Shown here: positions 8,404 through 16,067 of the stretch, piece after piece
Layout of the letters: each line of letters starts with the position of its first letter
Numbering within the stretch: position 1 is the first letter of the stretch
Virus record (IMG/VR): IMGVR_UViG_3300044646_003076
Length of the DNA stretch: 64,000 bases
Strand: one strand, 5' to 3'
DNA from: a virus
Translations under genes and position numbers: made by a program
Notes under the pieces: model-generated
Database searches by the model: none
What the model saw: the letters and a program-made list of their open reading frames with translations, nothing else
Told to the model about the DNA's origin: nothing

Positions 8404-8586
8404 ATGCTAACGATTTTTATCATTTACTTATACATGGTCACTTGCACATATTGGGCTCTTGTTGCATTACGAACTCCGAGTAATTTTTCCGAACGAGGTC
8501 TTATGATATGGGCTGCATTATGGTGGCCGGTATTGATTCCAAGTGTGTTAATTGCTAAGATCCTAAAGGAATTGGATTCTTTATGA
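8404..8586 (+). CDS. small two-TM membrane protein
   Basis: Hydrophobic, ALWWP motif; downstream of the class-1 promoter at 8315-8374. Confidence 0.65.
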   Translation: MLTIFIIYLYMVTCTYWALVALRTPSNFSERGLMIWAALWWPVLIPSVLIAKILKELDSL

Positions 8587-8664
8587 CACTCCATAAGCTG
8601 TCCACTCATCACCAATAATCCCAGCACTATCCGCTAACATGATTACTGTTATTGGATTTCTTCC

Positions 8665-8826
8665 ATGAAAATCAACTGGCTTAATCTTCTTCTTCTGGTA
8701 TCGGGAAGTTCCATTTCCCTGTCTATTCTTACTTTGTTGTTTGGTCCTTTTCCCTTTCTTGTTCCTCTTCTTCATGGAGCAGTTTGGGGATTGTTATCGG
8801 TTTGTTTTTTCCCCCTTACTAAGTGA
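8665..8826 (+). CDS. small membrane protein MKINWLNL paralog 1 (53 aa)
   Basis: Hand-translated: MKINWLNLLLLVSGSSISLSILTLLFGPFPFLVPLLHGAVWGLLSVCFFPLTK. Confidence 0.75.
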   Translation: MKINWLNLLLLVSGSSISLSILTLLFGPFPFLVPLLHGAVWGLLSVCFFPLTK

Positions 8827-8830
8827 TCCA

Positions 8831-8986
8831 ATGAAAATCAACTGGCTTAATCTTCTTATTTGTTTGATAGGAATTATTAGTAATATTATTCTTTTCACTT
8901 TGCTTTTCGGACCACTTCACCCTCTTTCTGCAATGATAGTTGGTATTGTATGGGGACTGTTTTTCCCAGGTATTGATAATGATTGA
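8831..8986 (+). CDS. small membrane protein MKINWLNL paralog 2 (51 aa)
   Basis: C-terminal part of track ORF 8741..8986; contains LFG...G.VWG. Confidence 0.75.
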   Translation: MKINWLNLLICLIGIISNIILFTLLFGPLHPLSAMIVGIVWGLFFPGIDND

Positions 8987-8990
8987 TCCA

Positions 8991-9158
8991 ATGAAAATCA
9001 ACTGGCTTAATCTCTTTTATTGGCTCCTTGTCAATCAGGTTTCATTAACAGTGTTTACTGTGTTCTTTGGTCATGTAGACATTTTGACAGCAATAATAAC
9101 TGGTACTTTCTGGGGTGTCGTATCAAATTACACTCTTACGATTTTTTATTACGAATGA
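8991..9158 (+). CDS. small membrane protein MKINWLNL paralog 3 (55 aa)
   Basis: C-terminal part of track ORF 8940..9158; contains FFG...GTFWG. Confidence 0.75.
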   Translation: MKINWLNLFYWLLVNQVSLTVFTVFFGHVDILTAIITGTFWGVVSNYTLTIFYYE

Positions 9159-9397
9159 TGTCACACCACAAGTACATTGTTGAAGTTAGGAACATTGATG
9201 GTTCCTTGGCAAGTTTATCAGAAGTGGAAAAGAAAAGACAAGAACATCCACATCTGTTTTCAAAAGAAGAATTTACAATATATGAACTTTGTTATTATGC
9301 GTCATTTGGACAGGGGCGAGATGTTCCAACTGGTCCTGTAGGTTTGCCCAAATTTATGCAAGATATTGGTATTTCTTATCGGCTTAAAACATGGTAA
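9155..9397 (+). CDS. hypothetical protein
   Basis: ATGA coupling at 9155 inside track ORF 9020..9397. Confidence 0.65.
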   Translation: MMSHHKYIVEVRNIDGSLASLSEVEKKRQEHPHLFSKEEFTIYELCYYASFGQGRDVPTGPVGLPKFMQDIGISYRLKTW

Positions 9398-9600
9398 CAA
9401 TAGAACCATTCTTATCAAGTTATGAAATCCATCTTAAACGTTGTTATACCGCAATAAGTTTACACACTCCAATAAAAGATCTAATGATATTAGCAAATGA
9501 CGAGGATCATTTTATTTGGGATTTGGTAGCAGAAAATCCAAACTGCCCACGTTATCTTAAAAGATACATTGCAATTAAAAAGTATCTAATGAAACTGTGA
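9391..9600 (+). CDS. small protein with a leucine-rich-repeat-variant-like motif
   Basis: TPIKDLMILANDED...VAENPNCP resembles the LRV repeat pattern. Confidence 0.55.
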   Translation: MVTIEPFLSSYEIHLKRCYTAISLHTPIKDLMILANDEDHFIWDLVAENPNCPRYLKRYIAIKKYLMKL

Positions 9601-9678
9601 CACTTCATAAGCTGTCCATCTAATTCCGATGTTCTCAACACCATCCACTAACATAATTACTGTTATTGGATTTCTTCC

Positions 9679-9987
9679 ATGAAAATCTATCTTGATGATG
9701 AGCGGTCAACACCAACAGGATGGATTCGTTGTTATTGGCCCGATGAGGTTATAACACTTCTACAGAATAACATCGTTGATATTATCTCACTGGATCACGA
9801 TCTTGGTGATGATAATAGAGGCACAGGAAACGATGTAATCTTATGGATTGAAGAACAAGTCTTTACCAATAACTATAAGCCGCCGATTATTCAGGTGCAT
9901 TCGGCTAACAGTTCTGCGAGATTGAAGATGGAGAATGGTATTAAATCCATTCAAAGACGAGTAGCGAGACTCTGTGCCACTTCATAA
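9679..9987 (+). CDS. cyclic-phosphate-processing receiver-like (cREC) domain protein
   Basis: KIYLDDER, ISLDHDLG...TG.DV..W and I.VHSAN motifs. Confidence 0.75.
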   Translation: MKIYLDDERSTPTGWIRCYWPDEVITLLQNNIVDIISLDHDLGDDNRGTGNDVILWIEEQVFTNNYKPPIIQVHSANSSARLKMENGIKSIQRRVARLCATS

Positions 9988-10057
9988 GCTGTCCACCGGA
10001 ACCACCGATTCCCAATAATCCGCTGTATTGTTATTAAGTCCCAGAAAAGGAATTTCA

Positions 10058-10306
10058 ATGTCTACTCTCACTCCCGAACAACTTTCCGAGCTTCTTGATG
10101 ATTATTGTGATCGTGTTATCAACAAAACCGATCCCGATACAATCGTTGGAGTTAATATCACCACAACGGTAACACATTCCGATGGTTCCATTACGGAATT
10201 TGTTGATATTCACTCCCCAAAAGAAGAGTCAAACCGGGTTATCAAGAAACCCGCTCCCCAAGAAAATAGGCCCTATCGTATCAACTGTTTTTCTGAAGAC
10301 AAATAA
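10058..10306 (+). CDS. hypothetical protein
   Basis: ATG at 10058 downstream of the class-1 promoter at 9974-10031. Confidence 0.65.
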   Translation: MSTLTPEQLSELLDDYCDRVINKTDPDTIVGVNITTTVTHSDGSITEFVDIHSPKEESNRVIKKPAPQENRPYRINCFSEDK

Positions 10307-10330
10307 TAACCTCAAATTTCTCCTCCTCCA

Positions 10331-10576
10331 ATGAGCACCCCAAATCAGGCAATTTTTGAGAATCATCTGAAGAATGCTTATGAGGATCTCTTTGCTAACA
10401 ATCCAGAGTATTCTTATGCTGCGAGTAGAACAACTCCGGTAGATCTTGCTCATAAAATGACAGAATCTCTCGTAACCGGACAAGGAAATAAAGATGGTGA
10501 TGGTATCAAAAGAGCATGTAAAGCGGTAGGAATTAAACACACTTATAAAGCAATCAAAGAATATCTTAACCAATAA
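10331..10576 (+). CDS. hypothetical protein
   Basis: ORF track; leader and start CTCxTCCAATGAGCACCCCAA shared with 10600. Confidence 0.75.
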   Translation: MSTPNQAIFENHLKNAYEDLFANNPEYSYAASRTTPVDLAHKMTESLVTGQGNKDGDGIKRACKAVGIKHTYKAIKEYLNQ

Positions 10577-10599
10577 CCATCCACATTTCTTCTCTTCCA

Positions 10600-10881
10600 A
10601 TGAGCACCCCAACTAAAACTGAATACATTCAGATGCCGGCTATTTCCACGCCAGCTATTGTAAATCATCTTCACGCTCTCCCTGAAGGTAAAGAAAAAAA
10701 TACACTTCGTTTGCAATATCTTATGCGCTATCTCTCAACTTATAGAGAAGCACCCGATATTAAGACATTGACGAATGATGTTCTTTATGCACTCGGGGTT
10801 GTAACCGATCCAGTTAATTTCACCGGAGCCATCGGACTTACTGAATATAAAAACTTTCTCAAAGAAAATCATCTTTCATAA
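10600..10881 (+). CDS. hypothetical protein
   Basis: ORF track. Confidence 0.7.
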   Translation: MSTPTKTEYIQMPAISTPAIVNHLHALPEGKEKNTLRLQYLMRYLSTYREAPDIKTLTNDVLYALGVVTDPVNFTGAIGLTEYKNFLKENHLS

Positions 10882-10904
10882 CAACCATACACATTTAACA
10901 ATAA

Positions 10905-10992
10905 ACACCAATAATATCTGCTGAGGTATAACAATACTTCAGCTTTTGTTATATTCTTATTTTTTGTCTTAAAAAATGAATAGGGTGTCCGT
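10905..10992 (-). ncRNA. candidate ACGG small RNA copy A
   Basis: Follows minus-strand TTGACG-N17-TAGAAT; starts ACGGAC; hairpin GCTGAAGTAT-TGTT-ATACCTCAGC. Confidence 0.5.
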
Positions 10993-10998
10993 ATCTGT

Positions 10999-11092
10999 AT
11001 TCTACTGATGGTGTTGGGATCCGTCAAGCATTCTTCCATAAGCAATTCTGATCGGTTAAGGGGTTGACCTAAGCGGTTCCAGGGTCTATATT
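10999..11092. promoter_or_regulatory. class-2 divergent promoter pair A
   Basis: Minus: TTGACG(11027-11022)-N17-TAGAAT. Plus: TTGACC(11064)-N17-TATATT. 36 bp between the -35 boxes. Confidence 0.85.
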
Positions 11093-11119
11093 ATGGAAGT
11101 TCATCAGACAAGCCTTCTT

Positions 11120-11488
11120 ATGTCCCGGAATCCCGCTCCCGAACTGAAGCACGACATTGCAGTTCATGAGGGGTTCGTAACCCTGAATAATAACGATGAT
11201 GGTTTCTATACACAATACTTCAATAATCGGGAAGAGGTTGAGCAATTCATCGCTGAGCTACGTGAGGCAATGGATAATGTATGGCCGGATGGTGTTAATC
11301 CTGAAGAACTGCAGGAAGAATGTTATCAAAAACGAGAGGAAGAGCGTCAAGAATACTTGCGCAATAATCCTCCTCGGCCACAAACACCAGAAGAGATTGA
11401 ACGTAATAAAAGGCTGATGACACTTCTTGATAAACTGGCTAATGATGATTCATATAGTGTTTGTTCTCATGTAGCGGAAAATCCCTGA
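11120..11488 (+). CDS. hypothetical acidic protein
   Basis: The track ATG at 11093 abuts the -10 box, so ATG 11120 is preferred. Confidence 0.75.
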   Translation: MSRNPAPELKHDIAVHEGFVTLNNNDDGFYTQYFNNREEVEQFIAELREAMDNVWPDGVNPEELQEECYQKREEERQEYLRNNPPRPQTPEEIERNKRLMTLLDKLANDDSYSVCSHVAENP

Positions 11489-11731
11489 TTCATCACACCA
11501 TAAGCACCTATCCACAACATAATACGTTAACACCCTCCTCTACCACTGCCTTTTCAGCGACATTATTGTGCTCAGGGAGTCCTTTATCCTTGAGCACATT
11601 TTTGTAGCTGAGATCCAAGATGATCTAAATAAATCTAAAAAACCTTTTATCGGGAATTTCGGTCTGAAGGTGCTATGGGTCATTCCGTCAAATAAGATCA
11701 CCGATAATTTCATTGTTATAATAAATGTTAT

Positions 11732-11789
11732 GTGCCAGTCCATAAGCTGTCCACCGATACTCTCATGTTCCCATAATCTGCTGTATTGT
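11732..11789 (+). promoter_or_regulatory. class-1 early promoter
   Basis: GTGCCAGTCCATAAGCTGTCCAC, 29 bp, TG-TATTGT. Confidence 0.7.
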
Positions 11790-11806
11790 TAAGAAGTCTT
11801 CAGAGA

Positions 11807-12151
11807 ATGTCTCTCATGGCTCTCAATTGGAAAGTTCCTGTTTCTTCTCTTCTGAGCCGTCTTCAGGATAATGACTATAAGATTTTCTCAGTCAATAATG
11901 GAGGCGAGACTATTCTTATTGACCAGAATCTTTCCAATGGAACTGCAAGAGCAAAGGCAGTAGAAGAGATTGTTTCTGTAGACGCATCTGCAATTGCTCT
12001 TATCAAGAATAAACAAACATTTGCGGTTTATATTGTATTAGGTAATGATCCACATGAGATTGCAGCCGATTATACTAATGATGAAGAATTGGAAAAAGTT
12101 ATTGATGAATTTGCTGATAGTTGGCAGGATAAGAAATGTCCTAGGATGTGA
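11807..12151 (+). CDS. hypothetical protein
   Basis: ORF 11786..12151; ATG 11807 or 11816; followed by a terminator. Confidence 0.75.
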   Translation: MSLMALNWKVPVSSLLSRLQDNDYKIFSVNNGGETILIDQNLSNGTARAKAVEEIVSVDASAIALIKNKQTFAVYIVLGNDPHEIAADYTNDEELEKVIDEFADSWQDKKCPRM

Positions 12152-12164
12152 AACAATGATGAAA

Positions 12165-12235
12165 TAATAACCCTAGAGTAATTCTGGGGTTTTATTGTTT
12201 ATAATTTGAGAAGAAAAATAAGATAGTCTGTCCGT
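12165..12235 (-). ncRNA. candidate ACGG small RNA copy B, overlapping terminator 12169-12198
   Basis: Minus-strand TTGACA-N16-TAGAAT, then ACGGACAGACTATC; no ATG before the hairpin. Confidence 0.45.
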
Positions 12236-12241
12236 ATCTCT

Positions 12242-12335
12242 ATTCTAGTCGTATTTTATCGGCTGTCAAGGTCTGAACTGATAAGCACTTCTGATCGGTT
12301 AAAGGCTTGACGTAGGCATCAATCCGGTCCATACT
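12242..12335. promoter_or_regulatory. class-2 divergent promoter pair B
   Basis: Minus: TTGACA-N16-TAGAAT. Plus: TTGACG-N17-CATACT. Central AACTGATAAG-CACTT-CTGATCGGTT. Confidence 0.85.
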
Positions 12336-12360
12336 ATGGAAGTCAACCGGAACCGATCCG

Positions 12361-12528
12361 ATGGCCCAAACCTTCCGCCCTGTCTGCGACATTCAGAGCA
12401 GAAATCCGTTCATGGTAGCGGTAATCAAAGATGATGAGAACCTTCTCATCGACGGGGAACCTTCAGTAATTCCAATGTGGTGGATCGCATCGGAATATGC
12501 GAAACTTTATGCTGGTGATGTGAAATGA
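12361..12528 (+). CDS. small protein, 55 aa (MAQTFRPVCDIQSRNP...), below ORF-track cut-off
   Basis: Hand-translated; first ATG after promoter B; ATGA coupling to 12525. Confidence 0.65.
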   Translation: MAQTFRPVCDIQSRNPFMVAVIKDDENLLIDGEPSVIPMWWIASEYAKLYAGDVK

Positions 12529-12734
12529 GCAATACTAAATTCCGAATTGTTAAATATAACGATTCCTTTGAAGAACTTCACATTCTTCAAGTCTGTCACT
12601 CGTATGAGGAAGCAGACCAAAGATTCCAATACTGGGATGAGAAATACCCAAACGATTATATTGAAATTCTTACTCCAGAAGACTGGAGATATTTTCAATT
12701 AGGTTCTAATCCCTCTGTTTTTGTTACATCATGA
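12525..12734 (+). CDS. hypothetical protein
   Basis: ORF track; coupled on both sides. Confidence 0.7.
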   Translation: MSNTKFRIVKYNDSFEELHILQVCHSYEEADQRFQYWDEKYPNDYIEILTPEDWRYFQLGSNPSVFVTS

Positions 12735-13093
12735 TTTTCCAAACAAGTTACACGATCACCGGGCATCTTCAGCGCCAATTAGCGGCAGTTGCTACTCCAA
12801 TCGTTGAGAATTGGTTCACAGATGTACTGATCCACGACACTGCTGCTACCGAAGATATGGAAATTGGCGAAGTTCGTTTATGGGCACTTCGCAAAACGGG
12901 TACATGGTTGTGTACTCTGAAGCAAGATATTTCTGAGCATAACGAATTCACTGGACTTGTTACTTCAATTATGAGGCATCCCGATGAATATAATGACGGA
13001 TATTATCATCTTTTTCTATTGCATAAGATCTCAGCAGATAAGCTGAAGATTACACCGACAACTTATGAAGAAATGTCCTATGTGAATGTGTGA
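12731..13093 (+). CDS. hypothetical protein
   Basis: ORF track; followed by hairpin GCCCCGG...CTGGGGT plus T-run. Confidence 0.7.
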   Translation: MIFQTSYTITGHLQRQLAAVATPIVENWFTDVLIHDTAATEDMEIGEVRLWALRKTGTWLCTLKQDISEHNEFTGLVTSIMRHPDEYNDGYYHLFLLHKISADKLKITPTTYEEMSYVNV

Positions 13094-13094
13094 G

Positions 13095-13169
13095 ATAACA
13101 AATGCCCCGGAGAAATCTGGGGTTTTTATTGTTTATACTTTGATAAGAAAAATAGAATAGGATCTCCGT
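13095..13169 (-). ncRNA. candidate ACGG small RNA copy C
   Basis: Minus-strand TTGACA-N17-TAGAAT, then ACGGAGATCCTATTC. Confidence 0.45.
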
Positions 13170-13175
13170 ATCTGT

Positions 13176-13270
13176 ATTCTAGTCATATTTTTATCGGTTG
13201 TCAAGGTCTGGAGTCATAACCATTTCTGATCGGTTGAAGGCTTGACGTATGCGGCTTCCGGGTCCATACT
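13176..13270. promoter_or_regulatory. class-2 divergent promoter pair C
   Basis: TTGACA-N17-TAGAAT (-) and TTGACG-N17-CATACT (+), 37 bp apart. Confidence 0.85.
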
Positions 13271-13300
13271 ATGGAAGTCAACCGCAAGGAAATTGATCCC

Positions 13301-13597
13301 ATGGACCAAGCCGATTTTCTCGCTATTGCCAAAGAAACCGCATCTTACGTGATAGAGCACGAGCGGAATAATGTTCTGAGCAACAAAAATAATCTTGATC
13401 TTTCAACATTCAGTTCCTTTCTTGATGGGATCAAAGGCCACCAATACTATAATGCCTTAGTGTTGAAATGTGATGGATGTGAGACGTACATTCTCATGCA
13501 GCTTAATACAGATTATCGTGAAATCGTGTGTAGAATGTCGGGTGATGAAGCCCGCGAATTCGTAGAGCATTTTCATGATATTGTCCTGAACGAATGA
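13301..13597 (+). CDS. hypothetical protein; C-terminal 26 codons shared with 14045..14209
   Basis: Track ORF 13271..13597; ATG 13301 preferred. Confidence 0.7.
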   Translation: MDQADFLAIAKETASYVIEHERNNVLSNKNNLDLSTFSSFLDGIKGHQYYNALVLKCDGCETYILMQLNTDYREIVCRMSGDEAREFVEHFHDIVLNE

Positions 13598-13599
13598 TC

Positions 13600-13688
13600 T
13601 GAATACAAACACATTTGCTAGGGTATAACAATACTCTAGCATTTGTTATAGTCTTATATTTTGTGGAAAAATAAGATAGTCTGTCCGT
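13600..13688 (-). ncRNA. candidate ACGG small RNA copy D
   Basis: ACGGACAGACTATCTTATTTTT...GCTAGAGTAT-TGTT-ATACCCTAGC. Confidence 0.5.
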
Positions 13689-13694
13689 ATCTCT

Positions 13695-13789
13695 ATTCTA
13701 CTGGTAATAATCCAGTTTGTCAAGGTCTGGAGTCATAAGCACTTCTGATCGGTTAAGGGCTTGACGTATGCGGCTTCCGGGCCCATACT
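13695..13789. promoter_or_regulatory. class-2 divergent promoter pair D
   Basis: TTGACA-N17-TAGAAT (-) and TTGACG-N17-CATACT (+), 37 bp apart. Confidence 0.85.
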
Positions 13790-13814
13790 AAGGAAGTCAA
13801 CCGGAACCGATCCG

Positions 13815-14012
13815 ATGAGCAACCTTTCCCCAACCGTTTATCAAGACAACGGATTCGCAGATAGGAAAGAATACCTCGATTCTTTGCGGGAAGAGTATGG
13901 CGGTTTGGTGGATGTTCTCACCAGCATTCTTCCAGCATCAGAAGATTTTGATGGCTTGGTTACGGAATTGGAAGATGCTCTGGCCAGCGGAGAATATGAC
14001 GAATTGATCTGA
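13815..14012 (+). CDS. small acidic phage hypothetical protein (YQDNGFADRKEYL...EDFDGLVTELED)
   Basis: Track ORF 13761..14012; its TTG start is the -35 box, so ATG 13815 is preferred. Confidence 0.75.
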   Translation: MSNLSPTVYQDNGFADRKEYLDSLREEYGGLVDVLTSILPASEDFDGLVTELEDALASGEYDELI

Positions 14013-14044
14013 TTTCTTACTTTTATTCCATCGCATTTCTTCCC

Positions 14045-14209
14045 ATGGACGCTTCCAACCTTTCCGCATCACAAGCTAGAGAAAAGATCATTGAATGGGG
14101 AGAAGAATTCACATTTGAGATTGTCTGTCGTGAAATCGTGTGTAGAATGTCGGGTGATGAAGCCCGCGAATTTGTGGAGGATTTTCATGATAATGTCCTG
14201 AACAATTGA
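14045..14209 (+). CDS. small chimeric protein, 54 aa, below ORF-track cut-off
   Basis: MDASNLSASQAREKIIEWGEEFTFEIVC-REIVCRMSGDEAREFVEDFHDNVLNN; tail nearly identical in DNA to 13518-13592. Confidence 0.65.
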   Translation: MDASNLSASQAREKIIEWGEEFTFEIVCREIVCRMSGDEAREFVEDFHDNVLNN

Positions 14210-14239
14210 GAAGATCAAATCTTGGTACAATTGAATAAC

Positions 14240-14328
14240 AAATACAAACACATTTGCTTCGGTATTATTATATCGGAGCATTTGTTATATTATTATACTT
14301 TCTTGTAAAAATAGAATAGTCTGTCCGT
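14240..14328 (-). ncRNA. candidate ACGG small RNA copy E
   Basis: ACGGACAGACTATTCTATTTTT... with the same hairpin as copy H. Confidence 0.5.
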
Positions 14329-14334
14329 ATCTCT

Positions 14335-14429
14335 ATTCTACTGGTAATAATCCAGTTTGTCAAGGTCTGGAGTCATAAGCACTTCTGATCGGTTAAGGGC
14401 TTGACGTTTGCCACGGCTGGGTCCATACT
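14335..14429. promoter_or_regulatory. class-2 divergent promoter pair E
   Basis: About 85 bp identical to pair D; plus arm TTGACG-N17-CATACT. Confidence 0.85.
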
Positions 14430-14459
14430 AAGTAAGTCAAACAACCCGGAAGGTTTCCG

Positions 14460-14810
14460 ATGAACTCGTCTCATCCGATCTTTAAGAGTCTTCCTTCTCT
14501 TAAAAGGGAGATTCGGGAACTTCTCATCTCAATCAAAAAAGATCAGGATTGGAAACAACTTCGCGCTGATTTTTCGGATGATGAGACACCACATATTCAG
14601 GTGACCATCGGTTGCACATTTAATGAAGGTACAATCTCATGGAATTATCAAACTGGAGACAATTCCTACACTGGTGGTGCTTATGACCACCCAGAATGGT
14701 TCATTGTTTATCTAACGAGTCGTGCAAATTGTTCTAACGAAGCGAAAGATATTATCAGTGAAATTGAAGGAAGAATTTATGAGTGCTTTAGCACTCTTAA
14801 CAATAACTAA
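14460..14810 (+). CDS. conserved phage hypothetical protein (IQVTIGC...WNYQTGDNSYTGGAY)
   Basis: ORF track. Confidence 0.8.
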   Translation: MNSSHPIFKSLPSLKREIRELLISIKKDQDWKQLRADFSDDETPHIQVTIGCTFNEGTISWNYQTGDNSYTGGAYDHPEWFIVYLTSRANCSNEAKDIISEIEGRIYECFSTLNNN

Positions 14811-14830
14811 TCCATTCATTCTGTGATTCC

Positions 14831-15097
14831 ATGTTCTCACTTTTCTTCTTCACTGGCAATGATCCCGAATTAGCTTTTGATATTAAAGATAGAATTGCAC
14901 GATATATTGATGAATACGTCAAAGAAGGCGAATTTGATACCTATGAAAGTGCAATTGATCGGATGAATAATATCGGATCCCGTTGGATATTTTATCCTAA
15001 TGCTTGTATTATTGAAGGCGAAAAAGTTATAGGGATTTATATGGAGGATGGAGTTAATTATACTCCGAAGAAAATTGAAGAGTTTGTGGAAGTATAA
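14831..15097 (+). CDS. hypothetical protein
   Basis: ORF track. Confidence 0.7.
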   Translation: MFSLFFFTGNDPELAFDIKDRIARYIDEYVKEGEFDTYESAIDRMNNIGSRWIFYPNACIIEGEKVIGIYMEDGVNYTPKKIEEFVEV

Positions 15098-15180
15098 CAA
15101 ACAAAAGGGTTGGGTATAACAATACCTGACCCGATCTTATAGTCTTATATTTTCTTGTAAAAATAGAGTAGGCTTCCCGT
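15095..15180 (-). ncRNA. candidate ACGG small RNA copy F
   Basis: ACGGGAAGCCTAC...GGGTCAGGTAT-TGTT-ATACCCAACCC followed by TTTTGTTTG. Confidence 0.5.
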
Positions 15181-15186
15181 ATCTGT

Positions 15187-15281
15187 ATTCTATTGGTGAT
15201 AATTCAGTTTGTCAAGATCTGGACTGATAAGCACTTCTGATCGGTTAAACGGTTGACGGTGGCCGATGGTGGTTGTATATT
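15187..15281. promoter_or_regulatory. class-2 divergent promoter pair F
   Basis: TTGACA-N17-TAGAAT (-) and TTGACG-N17-TATATT (+). Confidence 0.85.
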
Positions 15282-15322
15282 ATGGGTGTTCAAACATTCC
15301 TGGCAGGTTGCCGGCTCCACCG

Positions 15323-15487
15323 ATGCGATTCTCAACCCCACAGAAGATTTCCAAATTTTTCTATCTGGGATGGAATCCGAATTCTTATGATGAGATTTTC
15401 GGATTCTCTCTTTTGAATTTTTACGTCGGATTCTACTACGAATCTGGCTGGTGTGCGGGATTTCTTGACGCGAATGGGTGCCTCTGA
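15323..15487 (+). CDS. small aromatic-rich protein (54 aa)
   Basis: C-terminal part of track ORF 15266..15487. Confidence 0.5.
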   Translation: MRFSTPQKISKFFYLGWNPNSYDEIFGFSLLNFYVGFYYESGWCAGFLDANGCL

Positions 15488-15518
15488 AAAGTATTACAAT
15501 CCTCTCGCAGTCTTTCCC

Positions 15519-15884
15519 ATGAAATCACTCAAGATCCCCGTTGTTCTCACCACAACAAAAATAACTGAAGATCAATGGAAAGAGTTTATTTCTGATACAA
15601 TCGGTGACATTTCTGGTGAAATGGTTACAGTTGGGCCATGGCAAGTTCCGGTTAAGTTTGTGGCACTAGCAGCATCTTATACGTGGAAAAATGAAGGTTA
15701 TGGGGCTGTTATTGAATCTGTTACGCTATATGGAAAGCGCACGCTATGCAGAGTAAAAGAAAGCGACTATAAGTTGGAGGGTATCGTTAGCATTAAAGGT
15801 GTGAAGAGGAGAGCCTATACTTCTTCCATTATGTTTGAACTTCCCGATGGTCGGCTATATAATGTGGCAACAATTCAGGTATGA
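15519..15884 (+). CDS. hypothetical protein; stand-alone copy of the domain fused in 16163..16972
   Basis: MKSLKIPV...YNVATIQV closely matches 16607-16972. Confidence 0.8.
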   Translation: MKSLKIPVVLTTTKITEDQWKEFISDTIGDISGEMVTVGPWQVPVKFVALAASYTWKNEGYGAVIESVTLYGKRTLCRVKESDYKLEGIVSIKGVKRRAYTSSIMFELPDGRLYNVATIQV

Positions 15885-15911
15885 AATAGCAAACACAATA
15901 ATTATACAATG

Positions 15912-15945
15912 GCCCCGATTAACCTCCGGGGTTTTTTATTGTCTT
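15912..15945 (+). terminator. intrinsic terminator; sister copy at about 17000-17032
   Basis: GGCCCCG...CGGGG plus TTTTTTATTGTC. Confidence 0.8.
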
Positions 15946-16067
15946 CTAATCTATTTGTTATTTTCTATAACAGTCTGTAGCATTTGTTTGTATTATTATA
16001 TGCGTCTAATTTGTTTGTTATATTATTATACTTTATGAAAAAACAGTACAGGGCTCCCGTTGATTTA

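Noticed and set aside
13457-14281. Similar minus-strand ORFs 13457..13642 and 14069..14281 downstream of leftward promoters
   Set aside because: Their similarity is fully explained by antisense reading of duplicated plus-strand DNA. The ATG lies in the hairpin flank and is absent from copies A, B and F. Translation cannot be strictly excluded.
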